Shown: one piece after another, positions 59,872-64,000 of the stretch
Position numbering within the stretch: position 1 is the first letter of the stretch
Layout of the letters: the number at the start of each line of letters is the position of its first letter
From: Bacteroidales bacterium
Lineage (GTDB): Bacteria; Bacteroidota; Bacteroidia; Bacteroidales; Muribaculaceae
Direction of reading: 5' to 3'
Length of the DNA stretch: 64,000 nucleotides
Assembly: GCA_014800535.1 (NCBI GenBank)
Contig: JAAVFW010000024.1
Coordinates: 681 to 64,680 of the forward strand
Program-made: the position numbers and the translations under genes
The notes under the pieces: generated by a model
What the model was told of the DNA's origin: nothing
What the model saw: only the letters and a program-made list of their open reading frames with translations
Databases searched by the model: none

Positions 59872-60997
59872 TTAATGGGCCTGAGCCTCATCGGCTGCAA
59901 ATTCCATCAGATATGCCTTGATGAAATCGTCGATATCGCCGTCCATTACACCACCGACATCGGAGGTCTGATGATTTGTGCGATGGTCTTTCACACGGCG
60001 GTCATCGAAGACGTAGCTTCGGATCTGGCTGCCCCATTCAATTTTCTTCTTGCCTGCCTCGACCTTCGCCTGTTCTTCCATGCGATGCTGCAGCTCTTTG
60101 TCATAAAGTATTGAACGGAGCTGACGCATTGCATTCTCTTTATTCTTGGGCTGGTCGCGGGTTTCGGTGTTTTCAATCAGAATCTCTTCTTCCTCACCGG
60201 TGTAGGGATCCTTATATTGATAACGAAGTCGCACGCCGGATTCCACTTTGTTGACGTTCTGACCACCGGCTCCACCGGAGCGGAAAGTATCCCATGAAAC
60301 GGCTGCGGGATGCACCACCACTTCAATCGTGTCGTCGACGAGAGGTGTGACAAACACCGAGGCGAACGATGTCATTCGTTTTCCCTGTGCGTTATACGGG
60401 CTGACACGCACCAGACGATGCACTCCGTTCTCGCTCTTCAGATAGCCGTAGGCATAGTCGCCTTCAATATTGATGGTTACAGATTTAATTCCGGCATCGT
60501 CGCCTTCAAGCAGATGGACAATTGATGTCTTATAGCCGTGTTTCTCGGCCCAACGCAGATAAAGGCGCATCAGCATCTGTGCCCAGTCCTGACTTTCAGT
60601 GCCGCCGGCTCCGGAGTTGATCTTGAGCACAACGCCAAGTTTATCTTCTTCACGTCGCAACATGTTGCGCAGTTCGAGTCTTTCCAACTCTTCGACAACG
60701 GAGGCATACTGGGCGTCGACCTCATCTTCAGTCACGAGACCTTCTTTGACAAAATCAAATGCAAGCTGAAGTTCCTCAACCTGTTTGTCGAGCGATTCAT
60801 AACTGTCAATCCAAAAATGTAATTCCTTGATTTTCCGCATCTGGGCTTCCGCTTTTTCGCGGTCTTCCCAAAAGTCTGCTACATGAGTGCGGAGCTCTTC
60901 TTCTTCGACTTCTATTTTCTTCGAGTCGATGTCAAAGATACCTCCTCAGCGCCAACTTGCGCTCTAACGTCTCTTTCAGCTGTTCCTGAGTAGTCAT
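59872..60997 (-). CDS. prfB: Peptide chain release factor 2, programmed +1 frameshift (374 aa joined)
   Basis: ATG 60997, 21 codons, then AGGAGG-TAT-CTT-TGA-C; +1 frame joins the 59872-60840 ORF with GGQ and SPY motifs. Confidence 0.97.
60931..60946 (-). promoter_or_regulatory. RF2 autoregulatory frameshift site
   Basis: Internal SD AGGAGG (60946-60941), 3-nt spacer, CTT TGA C (60937-60931). Confidence 0.95.
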
Positions 60998-61020
60998 TAG
61001 TCTTGATTAAGTTAACATCA

Positions 61021-61045
61021 GGCTGCCATAGCGATTATGGCAGCC
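61021..61045 (-). terminator. Hairpin after topA
   Basis: GGCTGCCATA-GCGAT-TATGGCAGCC. Confidence 0.6.
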
Positions 61046-61071
61046 GGGATGGATTATTGATTGATAATTTA

Positions 61072-63390
61072 TTATTTCGTTTTGCGTTTGCGTGTCGTTT
61101 TCGGTGCGGCATCCTGCTTTGTCATCAATTCCCGTGCCTGCTCGGAAGTGAGCTGTTCGGGGTCGGTTCCTTTCGGAATCTTATAGTTGACCGTCTTCTT
61201 TGCTCCTTCCGGTTTATAGGCCATATATGGGCCGTATCTGCCATTGAGCACCTGAAGTCCGGGAATGTCGTCAAATTCCTTGATGAATTTCTTTGATTCC
61301 TCTTCCCGTTTGGCAAGAATCAGCGAGATGGCTTCTTCGGGAGTGATTGTCATGGGTGAATAATCCTTGGGTATAGACACGAACTGTCCGTTATGACGGA
61401 TGTAGGGTCCGAACCGTCCGGCAGAGGCAATCATCTCTTCTCCTTCAAACTCCCCAATTATGCGTGGCAACTCAAACAGCTTCATCGCTTCTTCGAGGGT
61501 TATAGTGCTTACACTCTGATCTTTTTGAAGGCTTGCAAACTGGGGTTTCTCCTCGTCGGTTGCTTCTCCGATCTGAACGATCGGTCCGAAGCGTCCAATC
61601 TTGACAAACACAGGTTTTCCGGTTTTGGGGTCATTGCCGAGAAGTCGCTCTCCCACTTTGTGTTCGAGCTTCATTGAATTAATCTTTTCAATCCCGGGGT
61701 GGAATCCGCCGTAAAACTCTTCCATTTCGGTTTGCCAGGGGAGTTTCCCTTCGGCAATCTCGTCGAATTTCTCTTCAACTTTCGCTGTGAAGTTATAGTC
61801 GAGGATGTCGGGGAAATGCTCGGTGAGAAATTCATTGACAATCATGCCGATGTCGGTCGGAACAAGTTTCCCTTTGTCGCTGCCGGTCAGTTCGCTCTTA
61901 TGCTCAGTGCGGATCCCTTTTGAGTCAAGTATCAACTCTATATAATCACGTCGGGAGCCTTCGCGGTCACCTTTCTTGACATAATCGCGAGCCTGAATGG
62001 TGGAGATTGTGGGAGCGTAGGTAGAGGGACGGCCGATTCCGAGGTCTTCCATTTTCTTAACGAGCGACCCTTCGGAATATCGTGCCGGGGGTTGTGTGAA
62101 TCTCTCGGTGGCTGTAATCTCAATCGCCTTTATATGCTCTCCTACTTCAAGGCGTGGCAACAGACCTGACGCTCCGGCGTCTGAATCGGCGCCGTAGACT
62201 TTGAGGAAGCCGTCAAAGAGGATGGTCTCACCTTCGGCCTTGAACGTTTCAGGACGTCCGGAATGAGAAATCTCGATATTGTTCTTTTCAAGCACGGCGT
62301 CTGCCATCTGTGTCGCCATTGTGCGCCGCCAAATCAAATCATAGAGTTTCTGTTCTCTTGGTCCGAGGGTTATCGAGCGATTGGCAGCATAGGTGGGGCG
62401 GATCGCTTCGTGAGCTTCCTGCGCTCCCTTGGATGATGTGTGGAAGTGACGACGTTTGAGATATTTCTCTCCGTATTGTTCGGCAACAACTTTGTCGATG
62501 TCGCGCAAGGCAAGTTCGGAGAGGTTCATGGAGTCGGTTCGCATGTAGGTGATCATACCGGCTTCATATAGTGTCTGGGCAACACTCATCGTCGTCTGGA
62601 CTGAAAAGCCAAGCTTGCGGGCTGCTTCCTGCTGGAGTGTCGATGTAGTGAAGGGGGGCAACGGGGAGCGTTTCACAGGATGCGTTTCGTTGGAAACAAC
62701 CTTAAACTCTCCATTGGTGCAGCTCTGAAGAAATTCTTCGGCCTGCTCACGGGTTGAGAGGCGGCGGTTCAGTTCCGCCTTCATCGGTGTGCCCTGCGCG
62801 TCGAAGAGAGCGTTGACCCTGAAGAACGATTCCGAGACGAAGTCTCTGACTTCCTTCTCGCGTTCGCATATCAATCTGACAGCCACGCTTTGCACACGTC
62901 CCGCCGATAATCCTAATTTAATCTTTTTCCAGAGCACGGGCGACATTTCAAACCCGACAATACGGTCGAGCACTCTTCGCGCCTGCTGAGCATTGACACG
63001 GTCAATGTCGATGCTGCGAGGGTTTTCGATGGCATGAATAATTGCCGGTTTCGTAATTTCATGAAAAACTATTCGCCGGGTGTTTTCAGGTTTCAGTCCG
63101 AGCACCTCGTAGAGATGCCAGGCGATTGCCTCTCCTTCGCGGTCTTCATCGGATGCAAGCCATACAATCTCTGCTTCCGATGCCGCTTTCTTCAGGGTCT
63201 TGACCAGGTCTTTCTTGTCGGAGGGTATCTCATATTCCGGAGTGAAGTGATTGTCAAAGTCAATTGATATCCCTTTCTTTTTAAGATCCCGGATATGACC
63301 GAATGAGGATAGGACCTTGAAATCCTTCCCTAAAAACTTTTCTATGGTTTTCGCCTTTGCAGGCGACTCGACTATTACTAAGTTCTTCAT
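61072..63390 (-). CDS. topA: DNA topoisomerase I
   Basis: IVESPAKAKTI, DEDREGE, SAGRVQS, ITYMRTD, AHEAIRP, GIGRPSTY; C-terminal Topo_C repeats (GRFGP, GRYGP). Confidence 0.98.
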   Translation of the reverse strand: MKNLVIVESPAKAKTIEKFLGKDFKVLSSFGHIRDLKKKGISIDFDNHFTPEYEIPSDKKDLVKTLKKAASEAEIVWLASDEDREGEAIAWHLYEVLGLKPENTRRIVFHEITKPAIIHAIENPRSIDIDRVNAQQARRVLDRIVGFEMSPVLWKKIKLGLSAGRVQSVAVRLICEREKEVRDFVSESFFRVNALFDAQGTPMKAELNRRLSTREQAEEFLQSCTNGEFKVVSNETHPVKRSPLPPFTTSTLQQEAARKLGFSVQTTMSVAQTLYEAGMITYMRTDSMNLSELALRDIDKVVAEQYGEKYLKRRHFHTSSKGAQEAHEAIRPTYAANRSITLGPREQKLYDLIWRRTMATQMADAVLEKNNIEISHSGRPETFKAEGETILFDGFLKVYGADSDAGASGLLPRLEVGEHIKAIEITATERFTQPPARYSEGSLVKKMEDLGIGRPSTYAPTISTIQARDYVKKGDREGSRRDYIELILDSKGIRTEHKSELTGSDKGKLVPTDIGMIVNEFLTEHFPDILDYNFTAKVEEKFDEIAEGKLPWQTEMEEFYGGFHPGIEKINSMKLEHKVGERLLGNDPKTGKPVFVKIGRFGPIVQIGEATDEEKPQFASLQKDQSVSTITLEEAMKLFELPRIIGEFEGEEMIASAGRFGPYIRHNGQFVSIPKDYSPMTITPEEAISLILAKREEESKKFIKEFDDIPGLQVLNGRYGPYMAYKPEGAKKTVNYKIPKGTDPEQLTSEQARELMTKQDAAPKTTRKRKTK

Positions 63391-63437
63391 TACAAAAAAC
63401 GCTATGTTTCCGCGCTGGCAAAATTAATATATTTTTT

Positions 63438-64000
63438 TTAACGCGCAAAGTGACTTTTTTTGTGCGTTCTTCTCCGATTAGTTCTTCTGTTCCGACTTCG
63501 AGAGCGTCTTCTGCCGGATTTTTCAGATTTTGTGTCGCCGGTTTCGGCTGTGTTGTCATTGCTGAATCCTGACTTCGACTCGGCAACCATCTCGCTTGTG
63601 CGTTGAAGCACCCTGCGGGTCAATGAGCCTGACGCGCCATCATTATTTATAACGTCGTAAAGACGCATCAGGCGGCGAAGGGTGTCGATATTTCCACATT
63701 CAGATTGGAGCTGTCGCAACTTGCGATCGGTCATATCCTCTCCGTCTTTCCCCATGCCGTCGATAAAATGATGAAGCCTGACGAGCTTGAACACTTCATC
63801 GTAGACCATCGGCTCGAATTTTGCGGAGCGCAATGCTTTGCGTATCATGTCGGCACCGACAATCTCATGTCCATTATAGACTGTTTCTCCTCTTTTATTA
63901 ACCGCCCGGCTCCGCAATTTGCCGATGTCGTGAAACAAGGCTGCAAAACGGAGTGGCAAATCTTCTTCGGGGATACGGCTTATCGCTTCGACGGCATCGT
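63438..64000 (-). CDS. HD-domain C-terminal part of a CCA-adding enzyme/poly(A) polymerase (begins beyond the right edge)
   Basis: LRFAALFHDIGK...YNGHEIVGA...VRLH; frame open to the window edge. Confidence 0.7.
   Translation of the reverse strand, partial: DAVEAISRIPEEDLPLRFAALFHDIGKLRSRAVNKRGETVYNGHEIVGADMIRKALRSAKFEPMVYDEVFKLVRLHHFIDGMGKDGEDMTDRKLRQLQSECGNIDTLRRLMRLYDVINNDGASGSLTRRVLQRTSEMVAESKSGFSNDNTAETGDTKSEKSGRRRSRSRNRRTNRRRTHKKSHFAR

Noticed and set aside
59872-60840. Truncated or pseudogenised RF2, and its SPY (not SPF) motif
   Set aside because: Explained by the programmed frameshift; SPY is to my knowledge usual in Bacteroidales RF2 and does not imply stop-codon reassignment.

Overview
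Bacteroidales chromosome segment, probably Muribaculaceae-like (inferred from TAnnTTTG promoters, SusC/SusD, T9SS cargo proteins and protein style). Most of it is housekeeping and envelope genes: partial corA, Wzx flippase, SusC/SusD, a GH13 neopullulanase, rsmI, dacB, two CPA2 antiporters around MgtC, TatD, polyprenyl synthase, tRNA-Ser(GGA), C69 dipeptidase, DEAD-box helicase, gltX, gyrB, Wzi-like barrel, class III fbp, four T9SS cargo genes, frameshifted prfB, topA and a partial CCA-adding/HD enzyme. The accessory zone downstream of tRNA-Ser (about 25.1-33.7 kb) is the most interesting. It holds (i) a 35-bp double-hairpin tandem array just upstream of a REP-associated HUH tyrosine transposase that appears fused to a DprA/SLOG-like domain, (ii) decayed cassettes with a shared 47-bp leaderless promoter-start module, (iii) a ~370-nt leader with mutually exclusive terminator and antiterminator helices in front of a BspA-like LRR protein, and (iv) a 1342-aa Schlafen/AlbA_2 protein. 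A second odd non-coding element (hairpin cluster plus a 10-bp-periodic array) lies after fbp. All family assignments come from motif recognition by eye; no database searches were run.
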